Source: Octopus vulgaris (taxonomy: Eukaryota). From it: a stretch of 64,000 nucleotides of DNA. The notes under the pieces are model-generated. The model saw only the letters and a program-made list of their open reading frames with translations. It was not told the origin of the DNA and did not search any database. The position numbers and the translations under genes were made by a program. This document shows positions 16,693 to 30,223 of this stretch, in pieces (the stretch's first letter is position 1; every line of letters begins with the position of its first letter). The stretch lies in the NCBI GenBank assembly GCA_951406725.2, contig OX597832.1, positions 31,930,001 to 31,994,000 on the forward strand, in the 5' to 3' direction.

Positions 16693-16733
<41 letters not shown>

Positions 16734-16747
16734 ATGCATACATACAT

Positions 16748-16818
<71 letters not shown>

Positions 16819-17516
16819 CGTATATACGTACATATATTTGTGTATATATATATATATATATATTTTATATATATGTATGCACCTATATATATATATATAT
16901 ATATTAATATATATATATATATAAGTACATACACACACATGTAATTTCGTAACTTGCGAAATAGAGAAGGAGAAATGGTAAATTCTATTATGGCACAATT
17001 AAGATTTGTGAATAGTAAATTAGATTGGTAAATTGAGAAATTCCTTCTTTACTTTTTATTAAGCATTACTGAGACAAAGTGAGTGTTTCGAAATAATTCA
17101 ATATTTTTTAGCAGAATGGTCGAAAAAGCTTGTGGATGCAACCGTGATTAATTTGCTATCTGCAGGACATTGGTTAGCCAAAATTTAAGGAGCATTCTTC
17201 GAAATTCGCTTAATTAAATTAGATATTTCTATGCCGTGATAATAGTAAATCTGAGTAGCTTGTAATACATACAAGCATTCACACGCAACTCCACCTATAT
17301 ATATGTACACATGTACATATATATGATATACATACAGACATATATATATATATATATATGTGTGTGTGCGTGTGTGTGTGTGTGTGTGTATTGAGAAAAT
17401 GGTAAAAGACAGCAAGATTTGTAATACAGCATACACATTACACACGAATAAATATTTGCTGCTTTTCTATTGAAGCTACCTATTGCTTGTAGCAATAGAT
17501 AGCTTCCTGAAAGTAA

Positions 17517-17579
<63 letters not shown>

Positions 17580-17660
17580 TGTATATGCATATATATATAT
17601 TTTTTCATATATATACACAAATGTATACATATATATACATATATATATATACATAAATAT

Positions 17661-17701
<41 letters not shown>

Positions 17702-17897
17702 GTCATATGTATATCGAAAAACAATTTTGAATTTGCTTCCAGAGGAGATAAATGAAACCAACTACAGAGGAATGACTACAACAGAAACACACACACACAT
17801 TCACACATTCACATCAACAGATTCAGAAAACTACATTTACCAACACATATGAAAGATAAAGGGTTATATAATATGGATGTATATATCTCGCTGTCCG

Positions 17898-17928
<31 letters not shown>

Positions 17929-19734
17929 CTTAATTATCTCTCTAACCCTCTATCTATCTATCTATAGAGCCTAGATCTGCATTTAGACCTATATATTATT
18001 TTTAGTCTCACACACACACACACGCGCGCACACATGCACAATCATAGACATGAGTGCATAGTACAATTCACGCTGAGCCAGAATTGTCACGGTTCTTATT
18101 GAAAACAAGTGGGCCTTTGCAAGTGTGTGAGTAGTGTCCAAGTGATCACAAGTGCAGATTTGGAAGACTTCCACGTCGATAGGAAAATCATATTCTAATG
18201 AGATTGATTTCGAAAGAAAGGAAGCTACAAAGAAGAAAGTTCCTGCATTGTGACCATCCATGTAGAAAGACATGTGATAGTCTGGTCGATAAAAGTAATA
18301 AAGGGATATTTGTGTGGGTGGGTGGTGGATCGCAAAACAAACTCTATTCAATTGTTATCACTGATAATATGAATAAAACCTATTGTAATTTGGATAGCCT
18401 GTTTACCAGATATCACACCGTCAGTTGAGATTTACGTCCAGTCAACACACCACAGCATCCTACTTTTAACTTCAGAAAGCATCTTTACCCACTTAGAAGG
18501 TCTATGGCTCTCTGAGATTTTGTGTACAGAGTAAGCATTACACCGACTGAAACTACGAAGTATGATTCTAGAAGGCTCACCGCAAATAACTTTAAGATCA
18601 AATACAACTAACACATACATTCATTCAGGCTGAGCGGCAGAGAGAATTGCAACCCTTTGTAATAAAACATTCGAAATAGTTCAGCTGATAAATTTCACAT
18701 CACTGACAAATGCGTGAACAGAATAATTACATTCACCCGTTCACTAACGAGATCGTATCTTACTGACGCCACTGAAGACAACATCCTAGCAAATCATCGT
18801 CTAGACGATTTGCTAGTGAAGCTTTATTAATAGAATTTTAGAGAACAAAATGAATTATTAGAGAGTGCGCCCTAATAGAACACGAGGGAACAATTGATGT
18901 TAAAAGTTACAACGACGATTTTATCAGTTAAACCATTTCTATGAGACTTGCTGCCTGCTACATAAACGACGGCAATAAAATTGCCGCTACCATCCGCATT
19001 TAATTTAGAAAATAAGAATGTCCAGACACATTAATGGATTTAGAAACTTTATTATTTCAATCTAATTTTACACATCTAATGAGAAAATACAAAAATAAAA
19101 TCATTAATGAAAAAGATTCGACACTCTTCAATATGAAAACGTTTTATACGCATAAGCGTATATATATATGTATTTTGCTGTGTCTAGGGAGAATCCTAAT
19201 GCCAATATTATTAGCACACGCACTGGTTCCATTCCACTCTGTTATTATCAGTATTTTGGTAAATAGCAAACTAATCGATCGTTTGTGTAATTTGGCTAAA
19301 CATTAAGTCATTTATTTTGTTTTTGTTAGTCAAAACCCTTTAATAGCAACAGTCTACTTAGTCCGTTATGGAGGCCGCTTGAGACCTTGTTGCTTGTGCA
19401 TGTGCCGCTGTGCGCTTGCGTATGTATGTATGTATGTATGTATGTATGTATGTACGTACGTATTCTTCTGCGTATTCATGTGTTCCTGTGTGCACCTGCT
19501 TTTGTGTTTGTGAATGTATATATGTGTGTATGTGTGCGTACATCTTTTTGCGTGTCAGTGTGTCATAGATACAAACATACGTACATACATACATACATAC
19601 AAACATACATAGAAACATACAAACAAACATGCATTCATACATACATACATACATACATACATACACAGACGTGAAGGTCACCAGCCCCCTTCCACACGCA
19701 CATACACATGCACATGCACCTTCGTTTTGGGATC

Positions 19735-19986
19735 ACCACTACTTTATCATCTCCCCTTCTTCCTAGCTTTCCTGTGTGACTCCTATGTCCGGCATTCACC
19801 ATGATAGATCGCTAGCCATTTAACATTTTTGTATTTTCTCTCCCTGTTTATTCCTGTGTTCCTTTCTGTGGAAGAGAGTAGGATCGAAACGTAAAACAGG
19901 TTCTCACTTCACGAGCGTTAAACTAATACATCTGATTATTGTTTACACACCAGTCTTCGCCCTTTTATTCGTTTTGTAAATTCTTA

Positions 19987-19987
<1 letters not shown>
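19735..19987 (+). mobile_element. Repeat family F, non-autonomous element with a variant HHR-like motif, ending at (TA)n
   Basis: CTGTGGAAGAGAGTAGGATCGAAACGT at ~19867. Homologous to the minus-strand copies at 28290-28398 and 48042-48120. Confidence 0.7.
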
Positions 19988-20064
<77 letters not shown>

Positions 20065-20102
20065 ATATATATATGTGTGTATATATATGTATATATATAT
20101 AT

Positions 20103-20193
<91 letters not shown>

Positions 20194-20325
20194 AATAAAT
20201 GGTGGGGTTGTGTTGACCGCACGTAGAGAAATGGTAAGCAAGGAAAAATTGTAAAAATGCAGAATGCTCAAATGAAAGAAAATTTTAATGAAATGAGAAA
20301 TTGATAAAATATATAAATATATATT

Positions 20326-20367
20326 TATTCAAACCGGTTTTCGTCATAGTGTGACTTGTCAAGAATA
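20326..20367 (-). ncRNA. Degenerate minimal type I hammerhead ribozyme motif
   Basis: Minus strand reads TATTC-TTGACAA-GTCA(CACTA)TGAC-GAAA-ACCGGT-TT-GAATA. It has a 5-bp stem I, a 4-bp stem II and a palindromic stem III. The core differs from CTGACGA by two transitions. Confidence 0.6.
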
Positions 20368-20433
20368 TTTAGGTTAAAAAGTTTATGTATATATATGTAT
20401 ATGTATATATATGTATATATGTATATATATATG

Positions 20434-20469
<36 letters not shown>

Positions 20470-21345
20470 CGTGCAATCTGCGTATGTTCAGATTATGTTT
20501 ATTGTCTACATCTAGTTACCAGTTGCCATTTTGTATGGAGATCTTCACACTCTGGAATATTTTTTATCATACATTTTACTTTTATATATGTGTGTGGATG
20601 TGAGTGAGTGTATATGCGTGTGTATTATTGACGAATGTGTGTAACTCCGTTGGTTGGTATATTTTTGTTTCATTGAAAGTCGTAATAATAATTTTTTTTA
20701 AAAATCAAATAAAAAAAGATCATAACGACAATGAACATTAAAAAATAACAAAAAGAACCAAAAAAGAAAGACTATTTATTGGGTATTGAACTATATCTTT
20801 AGATAAATATTATTTCGTCTAAAAAATATGTAAGACTAAGTTTAGCAAGCAAGCATTCCGTTGAGTTTTTGTTTAAATAATCAGGAAATTTGCTGTAAAA
20901 GATATGTATTTAGGTGCCAGATACAAGAAATCCTTTGGTAATGCCATTCATATTGGCATCATATTGGAGAGATCAATTGATTGGTTTGTTCCACGAATTA
21001 TTGAACCAATTGCCAAATCTAGTTGGTTTGTTAGTCTGTTGGTTCGATGATTTGATGGTTTGTGTTATCAGCCATCGCTTATGTGTATATTTGTGTGTAT
21101 GTGTGTGTATGGATGGGTGTATGTGTATCTGTGAATGGGTGTGTGTGTATATGAGTATGTGAGCGCAAGCGTATATCCGTGTGTGCACCCGTGTGTGTCT
21201 TTGTGCTTCAGGTTATACATGTTTATGTGTACAAAGACATAAGTGTATTATTGCCTCGCTATTCTTCTATCCTTGTTGCCAAATATTCTTTTACATACAT
21301 GCATTGCCTCATGCGTATACACACACACACACACACACACACGTA

Positions 21346-21729
21346 TCTTTTACTCTTTTACTGTTTCAGTCATTTCACTGCGGCTATGCTGGAGTACCGG
21401 CTTTAGTTTAGCAAGTCGACCCCCAGGACTTATTGTTTGTAAGCCTAGTACTTATTCTATCGGTCTCTTATGCCGAAGCGCTAAGTTACGGGAACGTAAA
21501 CACACCAGCACCAGTTGTCAAGCGATGTTGGAGGGGACACACACACACACAAACACACATACATATATATATACATATACATATATACGACGGGCTTCTT
21601 TCAGTTTCCGCCTATCAAATCCACTCACAAGACTTTGGTCGGCCCGAGGCTATAATAGAAGACAGTGGGACTGAACCTGGAACCATGTGGCTGGTAAGCA
21701 AGCTACCTACCACACAGCCACTCCTGTGC
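21346..21729 (-). mobile_element. SINE family A, near full length
   Basis: Reverse complement matches 27410-27814 across head, internal microsatellite and AGTAAAAG tail. Confidence 0.9.
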
Positions 21730-21743
21730 ATATATATATATAT

Positions 21744-22206
21744 CCTTTATCGTTTACTTGTTTCAGTCATTAAACTTCAGCCATGCTGGGGCTCGACCTC
21801 GAAGGATCAGTCGAACAAATCGACCCTAATATTTATCTGATTTTTAAGGCTGACACTTATTGTAGCGGTTTCTTTTGCATGAACCGCGACTTTACGGCTG
21901 ACATAAATAAACCAGCACCGGTTATCAAACTGTGCTAAGAGTCAGACACAAATACAAAGACTAACATACATACACACCCACAGACACACAGACACACAAA
22001 AATACACGTGCACACACATGTATATGTATTTATGATAGATGTGCTTTCCCAGTTCCCCTCTAGCAAATGCACTCACAAGGATTTGGTCGGCCTGGTGCCT
22101 ATGGAAGAAGGCAGTTACCCAAGGGGACGTGGTACCACGCGCTGGGGCTGAAACTGGAACCATACGGCTGGGGAACAAATTACTTACCATGCTGCCACGC
22201 CTGCAC
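21744..22206 (-). mobile_element. SINE family A, older copy in tandem with the previous one
   Basis: Contains the tail TTTACTTGTTTCAGTCATT, the GTCGAACAAATCGAC hairpin, and a head ending GCCACGCCTGCAC. Confidence 0.8.
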
Positions 22207-22240
22207 GTAACTCTCTATTTCTCTCTCTTTGTATATATGT

Positions 22241-22282
<42 letters not shown>

Positions 22283-22288
22283 GCACAG

Positions 22289-22347
<59 letters not shown>

Positions 22348-22842
22348 AAGAAAGATAGATAGATAGAAAAATAGATATTCACGTGTGTGTGTGTGTGTAT
22401 CTGTGTGTGTACATACACCCATACAAAGGCGAATTCAAAGTTCGTCTCTGCGTCTGCGTGCGTCTTTCTTCCTATATGTATGTGTGTGTTTATGTGCACG
22501 CGCGTGTGTGTGTATCTATATGTATGTTTTTGTATATTTTTATCTATGTATATGTGTATCTATGAATATACGTATGCTTGTGTTTCGGTGTGTGCGTAGT
22601 GTTTAATAAACATTGGATAATCGATATCAGATATTACATAGACTGCGATCGATATTTTGTTATTTCACTGGCGGATGGTAAGGCTGAGGGTTAAACATGT
22701 TCCAGCACAACGTATCGATATACTTACTTCCATTGTTATCTACCAATACATTTACTGCTGTTAAAAGCTACTTTGCCATAGTAGTAGAGGTTGATTTAGT
22801 AGCAGTAGTTGGTCCTACTAAATCTTGTTTTATGGCCGAAAG

Positions 22843-23017
22843 CTCATGGCTCAGTGGTAAGGTCGTTCGGCTCACGATCCTAAGGTTGTGAGTCTCACAC
22901 CCTGGGCTGCGTTGAGGCCTTGAGCAAGACATTTCATTTCACGTTCGTCCAGTCCCCTCAGATGGCAAAAATTAGTTCTACCTTTAAATCACAAGAGCCA
23001 GCCTTGTCATATTCATG
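22843..23017 (+). mobile_element. SINE family B
   Basis: A box ATGGCTCAGTGG followed by the CORE-like block CCTTGAGCAAGACATTTCATTTCACGTT...CAGATGGCAAAAATTAG. Confidence 0.8.
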
Positions 23018-23635
23018 GAAGAAATTGGCTTAATTTTAAGGAGGAACTATAAATGGTATAATTCATTGCCGGAGGAGAAGTAGAGAGTGTCGGGCCAGAG
23101 AACGATACCGGAACCAAAGAGCAGACCTCTAGAAATAGCAACCAAATCTGCCTCACACAACAACCTATCAAATTAACAAAACGACACACTGGATTATCAA
23201 GAGCGAGAGACATTATGTTTGAAAAAATCCGAGCGGTAATGGTTGGGAGAACGTTGACGAAGGTTTGAGCTGGTGGTGACCTAAGTCTATAAGCTGCGGT
23301 GTTGCAGGGTGTTGTGGGTTAGAGGCTATGTGCGGCAGCTTTTGTTGTTTTGTTTTTAGATCTGTGTAAACTTTGTTGTTTTGTTCCATTTCTAGTCAAA
23401 TGAGGAAGGATGCGACATGGCCTTTGGTTTCGTTGTTAATGGTGGTGGGGAAGTGATTCATTTTGGTATGGGAGGCAGGAACATGAACCAAAACTGTGTT
23501 ATCATCAAATCAAAGACTAACGCCGAATGCTTGGAACAGAACGTAATCCTGTCCATAGGCCAGGTGGTCATGCTAAACTAGGTGAGGGACTAAAATTCCT
23601 CATTCTAGAATAAATGAATAAATACATAGAGTATA

Positions 23636-23740
23636 TCAATTTCCGTCTGCTAGACTTCACTCGCGAGGCTTTGGTAGAATCTGGGTTAATTCAGAAGACA
23701 CTTGAATGTGTAAGATGCAGCACAATGGGACTAACCTCTG
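23636..23740 (-). mobile_element. SINE family A fragment
   Basis: TTTCCGTCTGCTAGACTTCACTCGCGAGGCTTTGGT...AGAAGACACTTG resembles the reverse complement of 27470-27560. Confidence 0.55.
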
Positions 23741-24345
23741 AAATATAGACTATTTTGAAGCGACCCCCACCCTCAAGAGTTATGCAATTACTGAAATCGG
23801 ATTGAAATTGCAGAGAATCCCTGCATCTACAGACGGTTATGATTCAGGAAGAAAGCCAATTGCGTTTGTTATTAACTAAGCCATATTGAAGCTAGTACAA
23901 TATTCGGTGATTGCGAAGGTTGTCTCAACGAAGGATAAGAAGAATAAGGATTTTATGGCATTCATGCTTTTCTATTACGTACGAGAAATGCAAATGAAGA
24001 CGATCAGTCGATCATAGACCAAGTGTACTTTAATGTCTTAAGTTGCTAATAGTTTTTCGATATCGCTCTAGGTTTCTCAGTGTTTCGTATTATAGTAAAA
24101 TAAAACTACTTTACTATTTTAACCTGCTGAGAGTTTTATATATCGCCATATACTTCTCACAGCTTTGTATTATTGCATAATAAAATATTTTTCCCATCTT
24201 ATCCTGCTGGGATGTTGTAGATATCACTCGACATTTTCTCACTATTTTGTAATATTGTAAATTAGAATTCCTTTGAATTATTTCACCCGCTGGTTGTTTT
24301 ACGTATATACATACATGAAAACAAGACGATGTTTTACATTTATTC

Positions 24346-24417
<72 letters not shown>

Positions 24418-24785
24418 ATATATAAATTTATACGTGTACAAACGCACACATATATCCATACATTCTGACAGATTTGAATTGTATTCTTGGAAAATAATAG
24501 TACTTTAAGGTCTTATTTTACTGGGCTTTTAAATATCGTTCGTACGCGTTTCATCGTTTCAAATATTGCCTCGGTTGCTACACTTCTCACTGCTTTGTTG
24601 AATCTTGATGACGTTCGCAGAAAATATCACAATAGGTTCGCTGTCAAATATAACTAACCTTTCTGTTTGAAGCCGGAAAATATTTCACTACTGATCTATA
24701 AATGACCATTTACAAAACTGATGAGGAACCAAGATTACAATGCCTTACATGCGGATCGGTACTGCAGGTTGCCAAACACGCATAT

Positions 24786-24978
24786 TCTTTTCTAATCTAG
24801 GCACAATGCCCGACATTTTTGAGGAGGGGACCAGTCGATTAGATCGATCCCAGTATGCAACTGGTACTTAATTTATCAACCCCAAAAGGATGAAAGGCAA
24901 AGTCTAACACGGTGGAATTTGAACTCAGAACACGAAGACAGACGAAATACCGCTAATAATTATGTTCGACGTGTAAAC
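24786..24978 (-). mobile_element. SINE family D
   Basis: Reverse complement contains TTCTGAGTTCAAATTCC (B box), GACTTTGCCTTTCATCCTTTTGGGGTTGATAAATTAAGTACCAG and a TCGA hairpin. Matches the 33327 copy. Confidence 0.8.
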
Positions 24979-26681
24979 ACACACATATTACAATATAAAA
25001 TAAATTTATCTTTGACACTCATTCACCAATATTCTATAAATATAAATATAGTTTCTAAATTGCTTTTCTCTCTATCTTCTCACTATAGAAGTCACTACAG
25101 TAGTTTGGGCTTTCATTTAAACAGTAATCTAAATCTTATATCAATCCTAGCAACTTCTGGTGGTTTTTCTCTCGTAGTTTATAATTCTTATCACACTCAA
25201 AGCACCTCTCTCCATCCGCTTCTTCAATGTGACTCCACAAAACTGCGGGCCGCGGTCTTTCTCTCCATTCCATTATAGATATAAACATATAGAAATTCAG
25301 ACTCGACATATCTTTAATCTGAGATACGCCTCCAGTGCTGTGTTACAATCTTCATCTAAACACACGATAGGAGACTCAGAAACTGTTTCGTTGTCGTAGA
25401 TGACGATCTTACTCTTATTGTAGTCCCCTTTTAATTTAGCTCCAGGTAAACCTCGGTCCCGCCTGCCTAAGTAGATCATTATATAATGCATCATTTTCAC
25501 TTCGTAAGTTTGGAGAAAATTTTTAGCTGCTATTTCTAGTTGGGTAAATGTTTGCTTAAAAGCTCATTCGCTCGTAGCTGCGGGTAAAATGACAAACACG
25601 GTAGAGAAACGAACATAATTCCTTTGAGAAATTCTACTTGTCACTCTACGACCTACGTTCAAACCATACCATTGTCACTTTGCCCTTGAAACCATTAAGG
25701 TTATTCACTCAATGAAGTCGAGGAAGAAAGAATATTCCACCATTTTGTCACAATACGTCTAAAAATACAAATAAAATAAATTTACTTCCAAACTCAAATA
25801 TCAATGTCGCACTCATTTCTTTCCAATTTCGATTATTGGAATATTTTAAACATGGAGTCCTGTTCGATAAAATGAAATAAAAATACGTGCATCGTATTGA
25901 AAATATATTTTTAGAAAAAATCCGCCTTTGCATAACTGAGACATAATTTATAATATGATATACAAATGGCATATTGCAATGGCGGAGGGTTAAAAATGTT
26001 GCTTTGGTTTCCGTGACTAATAAATTTGCTGCTGTTTCGTTTTTTTTCTTATCAAAGAGCGATATCAAGTTAGTTGCAATGTTATTAGTTTTGGAGGATT
26101 ATTTTGGAAAGCGTTGTAATGATACAATAACAATCCTGCATTTATCATAGCATAATGTCACATTTATCCTCACATAATCTTCTTGATTTATTTTGTAATC
26201 GTGTGATATTGTTAGCTATAATGGTATTTCAATTTTTGTGGAAATGAAAAATGGAAACGTGAAGTTTTAAGGATTTAGCGTAAAGAAGCAACGATAGAGA
26301 AGCAGATTAAGTTGAGGTGGTGGTGTTAGGTTTCTTACTCTGCGATCTTAGTTCAAAATTTGCTTGGTCCACGTTGCTGTTGTTGTAAACGTTATTCAGC
26401 ACCTGACCACAGACACTTATGATGCAAAATATTTTAATCTCTGGTTGTCCGTTTTAAACGGATATGTATTTCTTCGTATGCATCGTGTAATGTGTCCTTC
26501 TTTAAAAGCGACAGAGAATAAACTGAGGGGAGTTAGGCTGCTTTTTCTAGCAAGTTGTGCAACAATGTAGAAAATATCTGGTACCACTTGTATACTCTAC
26601 TAGATTTCATTAGAAATGTTTTCTCATCTTCATCAACTTCCAATCTAATTATCTTCCAGCAAATGTAAACAACTTATGACG

Positions 26682-26713
26682 CTCTGATGAATTGTTCACC
26701 TCCGAAACGTCAG
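26682..26713 (+). ncRNA. Degenerate minimal hammerhead-like motif
   Basis: CT-CTGATGA-attgttcacctcc-GAAA-CGTC-AG. Core boxes and the GTC triplet are intact, but stem II is broken and stem I is only 2 bp. Confidence 0.4.
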
Positions 26714-27409
26714 ATTTCTTACTCATTAAAATCAATTTATTCCACTTTTGGTGATTTACTCTTTACTATTTTCTTACCTTAGACATAAATTGTATTTTCC
26801 TGTTCTAATGTTTTCTGTTCTTCTGTTTAGATGTTTGACCAAAAATTATAGTCTTTTGAGTCTAAAGAAACACTGTCTACTGGCAAAAGTTTCTTGTCTT
26901 TAAAACTATTTTTGCTGTATTTTCGGAAATAATGGATTATTGAATACATTATATTGTAATGTAGCTTAGTTATTTCTGCCTTCAGCTTCTTTTCTAAGTT
27001 GTTCAATAAACGTGGCTGTTAAGAACCACCAACAAACTTCGGGAACTAAATATTCAAAAATTCATTTATTAAATGTATACATTCATGTGGTAGCTATTTC
27101 TTCATGGGGGCTGCAATAAAGTACCACTTTCTTAGATGCCATCATTCCATGTATTTATTGCAGGAATTCAATATATAGCCTGGTTTGCTGCTGTAACTGA
27201 AAATAACTTGATGTATCCATTTGTGGTTTTTATCTTTAGCTGTACTGAGTCAGCGGGGGTTAAATGCATCGACCATAAAAATGAAATTCACTAAAGGTGT
27301 CAGGCTTTTAATTCGTAATTGAATGTATATGCTGTAAGCAAAACTACATGCAACGGATAATTGTCAATATAAGTGCATGTATTGGCCATACACAAAAGTA
27401 CAGGCAATA

Positions 27410-27814
27410 GGCGCAGGAGTGGCTGTGTGGTAAGTAGCTTGCTAACCAACCACATGGTTCCGGGTTCAGTCCCACTGCGTGGCATCTTGGGCAAGTGTCT
27501 TCTGCTATAGCCCCGGGCCGACCAATGCCTTGTGAGTGGATTTGGTAGACGGAAACTGAAAGAAGCCCGTCGTATATATGTATGTATATATATGTGTGTG
27601 TTTGTGTGTCTGTGTTTGTCCGCCTAGCATTGCTTGACAACCAATGCTAGTGTGTTTACGTCCTCGTCACCTAGCGGTTCGGCAAAAGAGACCGATAGAA
27701 TAAGTACTGGGCTTACAAAGAATAAGTCCCGGGGTCGATTTGCTCGACTAAAGGCGGTGCTCCAGCATGGCCGCAGTCAAATGACTGAAACAAGTAAAAG
27801 AGTAAAGAGAGAGT
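27410..27814 (+). mobile_element. SINE family A, full length and well preserved
   Basis: A box GTGGCTGTGTGG, B box GGTTCAGTCC, CORE-like CTTGGGCAAGTGTCTT, internal (TA)/(TG) microsatellite and AGTAAAAG tail. Possible TSD AATAGGC at 27406-27412 and 27815-27821. Confidence 0.92.
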
Positions 27815-28289
27815 AATAGGCAACTGCCACCTTAAATAAAGAAACTATGTACAAGATAAATGTAACTGGCAACTATCGCAATAAAAGTATACAGGAGATA
27901 AACAAAATGGATTAACATAAATATGTATAGGATGTATAGGCTATAAGGAAATTAATGTAATAGGCAATTATTATCAGCGAAAATAAATCCATAGGCTATA
28001 TAGACAACTACTTTCAATATACAGATAAAGTCACCATACACATACACACTATGTAGACATATAAATAAAAATGTCTACATCGGGTCCCCAATAATCCGTA
28101 TGGAATGCATAGGATTCAGTTGCTGTTAAAAAAATGTATATGAGATATACGTATATCCATGCAAGACAAGCGAGAACATGAGGCTGGCCTAAAGTATATA
28201 TACGTGGATGAGAGTGGCGGTGCGTGAGTGTAAGTGAGGTATATATATATAGACAACAAACAGATATATTAGTATAAGGCTCAGAAATG

Positions 28290-28398
28290 AAAAAAGTCTT
28301 TAATGTTTCGAGCCTACGCTCTTCCACAGAAAGGAACACAGAAAGAAACAAGGAGAGAAATTACAGAATATGTAATGGCTAGCGATCTATCATGGCGA
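28290..28398 (-). mobile_element. Repeat family F fragment
   Basis: Reverse complement CCATGATAGATCGCTAGCCATT...TTCCTTTCTGTGGAAGAGCGTAGGCTCGAAACATT matches 19799-19895. Confidence 0.75.
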
Positions 28399-28485
28399 CA
28401 GCTCAAAATATATGTACACACACAAACACATATATACACATACAAACAGAGACGTGTACATGCATGCACAGACACATGTACATAC

Positions 28486-28544
<59 letters not shown>

Positions 28545-28727
28545 ATATACATGTTGAAAATAATCAAAGAAATGATTATCAGGAAATTGATGATAAGGCG
28601 GCTGATACATACGATGATAATGATGAAATGGCATACATATATAATCATGTAAAGACACAAAAATAAACACACAATATTCATATACACCCGCATTTCTATA
28701 CACAAGTACACCATACACACGCATATA

Positions 28728-28770
<43 letters not shown>

Positions 28771-29764
28771 TCATATAAATATGCTCGTATAATTACATGT
28801 ATTGTGTGAAATCGGTTAGATATGAAATGGTACTTAATTATATTTCAGGAAGGGTTACAAAATATCCATATTATAATTACATGATCTCTTATATTATAGG
28901 AACTCATCAATTTTAGCCTGGCATCTATACATTTCATGTATGTATGTATGTATGTATGTATGTATGTATGTATGTATGTATGTATGTATGTATGTATGTA
29001 TCTATCTATCTATCTGTGTGACTATGTGTCTGTCGATCTGTTTGTTTACCTGTATAATATATATATATATATATACATACATACATATTGATATACACAC
29101 ATATACATAAATACATACATACATACATGCATACCCGCTACATATAAACACGTAGGCATGCGTGCATATATAAATTGCGCGCTAAGTGAAGCAAGAAATC
29201 TAGGAACACTGATTAAATGGTTTTCATCCGAAATCCGATCCATAACGATGATCGCGAGGAACCGATCTGTTTGGTTAATCTGTGTAATGGAATATTATGT
29301 GATTCTAAACGAAATGGATCACTGGTTAGTTAACGTAGTACTAATACATCCGTCTTTACATTCTTTATGGGGTTTATTATCATAAACCTGTTACAACCTC
29401 ATCAACTCGTGAATTTATCTCTGCATGTTCGCATGTCTTCTAATTACATGCCTGTGAAGATGTCGGATTTAAGAACGTATTAAGCTATAACGTACGTATG
29501 TACAGGCAGATGTACATATACTTATATAAACATGTACACAATGGACGTATACATGTACTTCGCGTTGCTCAACTTAATTTGTCAAACGAATGTAGTTTTC
29601 ACCCAAATCGATCTAAAATTAATTGTGAATCATAGTTAAGAGAGAGGTCAGTATGAATGTAGATAAACTGTACATAGCCAACATATGTTGATGCGTACGT
29701 AGCATCGTCGTACGCCATTAGTTGCTGTGTTATCATAACTATTTATTACGTGTGTAGATATGTA

Positions 29765-29853
<89 letters not shown>

Positions 29854-29938
29854 TCATACATACATACATACAAACATATATATATATATATATATATATG
29901 CACAATTATATATGTATGCGTGCTTGTATGTATGTATG

Positions 29939-29989
<51 letters not shown>

Positions 29990-30156
29990 ATATTTATATA
30001 TATGCATGGAGGTGTGTGTTTGCGTGTTTATGTACCGGTGTATATATCAAGTTTGACTCAGCTCTACACATCTAGCTCACCAGATATTAGAAATATGGAA
30101 GATTGGATAAAAAATTCAACATGGTTTTATACGATTCTCGTGTGTTATTTAGAGAG

Positions 30157-30223
<67 letters not shown>

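Noticed and set aside
18060-18900. Complex unique sequence, possible exon or decayed transposase
   Set aside because: No long ORF or recognisable motif on either strand.
23030-23600. Possible minus-strand PLE N-terminal remnant
   Set aside because: Only a vague resemblance, with no alignable motif without a search.
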